The notes under the pieces were generated by a model, which had not been told where the DNA came from, did no database searches, and worked only from the letters and a program-made list of their open reading frames with translations. 64,000 nt of DNA from contig JAKPOQ010000061.1 of assembly GCA_029547745.1 (NCBI GenBank), forward strand, positions 18,399-82,398, in the 5' to 3' direction. Position numbers and translations under genes: made by a program. Below are positions 63,965-64,000 of the stretch, piece after piece. The stretch's first letter is position 1. Each line of letters opens with the position of its first letter. The DNA comes from Actinomycetes bacterium (GTDB taxonomy: Bacteria > Actinomycetota > Thermoleophilia > UBA2241).

Positions 63965-64000
63965 ACGGATGGGTGACCGGCCACCGGGCGCGCGCCCGCC

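Overview
This is a ~72% GC chromosomal segment whose gene content and order look like a deep-branching actinobacterium (Rubrobacteria/Thermoleophilia-like). Supporting that are dnaK-grpE-dnaJ-hspR followed by a ClpC-type ATPase, the fhaA-fhaB-pstP-rodA-pbpA-pknB cell-division/signalling cluster, holB-tmk-topA, ligA, serS, pheA and three tRNAs. Most of the window is ordinary core genome. Several things stand out. (1) Two paralogous dimethylamine-methyltransferase (MtbB/Dimeth_PyL-like) genes each carry an in-frame TAG at the homologous position, with conserved, selected coding sequence continuing after it. They flank a COG2984/4120/1101-type ABC importer and sit immediately 3' of tRNA-Thr. This is the signature of pyrrolysine decoding, unexpected in a high-GC actinobacterial-type genome. 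(2) An inositol-phospholipid operon (PAP2-like, CDP-alcohol phosphatidyltransferase, inositol-1-P synthase) contains a PimA-like GT4 mannosyltransferase fused to a PHP phosphoesterase domain. That fusion is a candidate for the 'missing' phosphatidylinositol-phosphate phosphatase. (3) A truncated, frameshifted relic of an NCS2/AzgA purine permease lies between a CBS/MgtE_N gene and terC. (4) There is a ~1 kb non-coding divergent region between dnaK and a class-III aminotransferase, holding a candidate 52-aa ORF with its own terminator hairpin and three TTGCCGAA repeats. (5) Several tandem repeats, long perfect hairpins and a 25-bp perfect palindrome inside the arginase-family gene are also present. 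No CRISPR array, transposase or integrase was seen.
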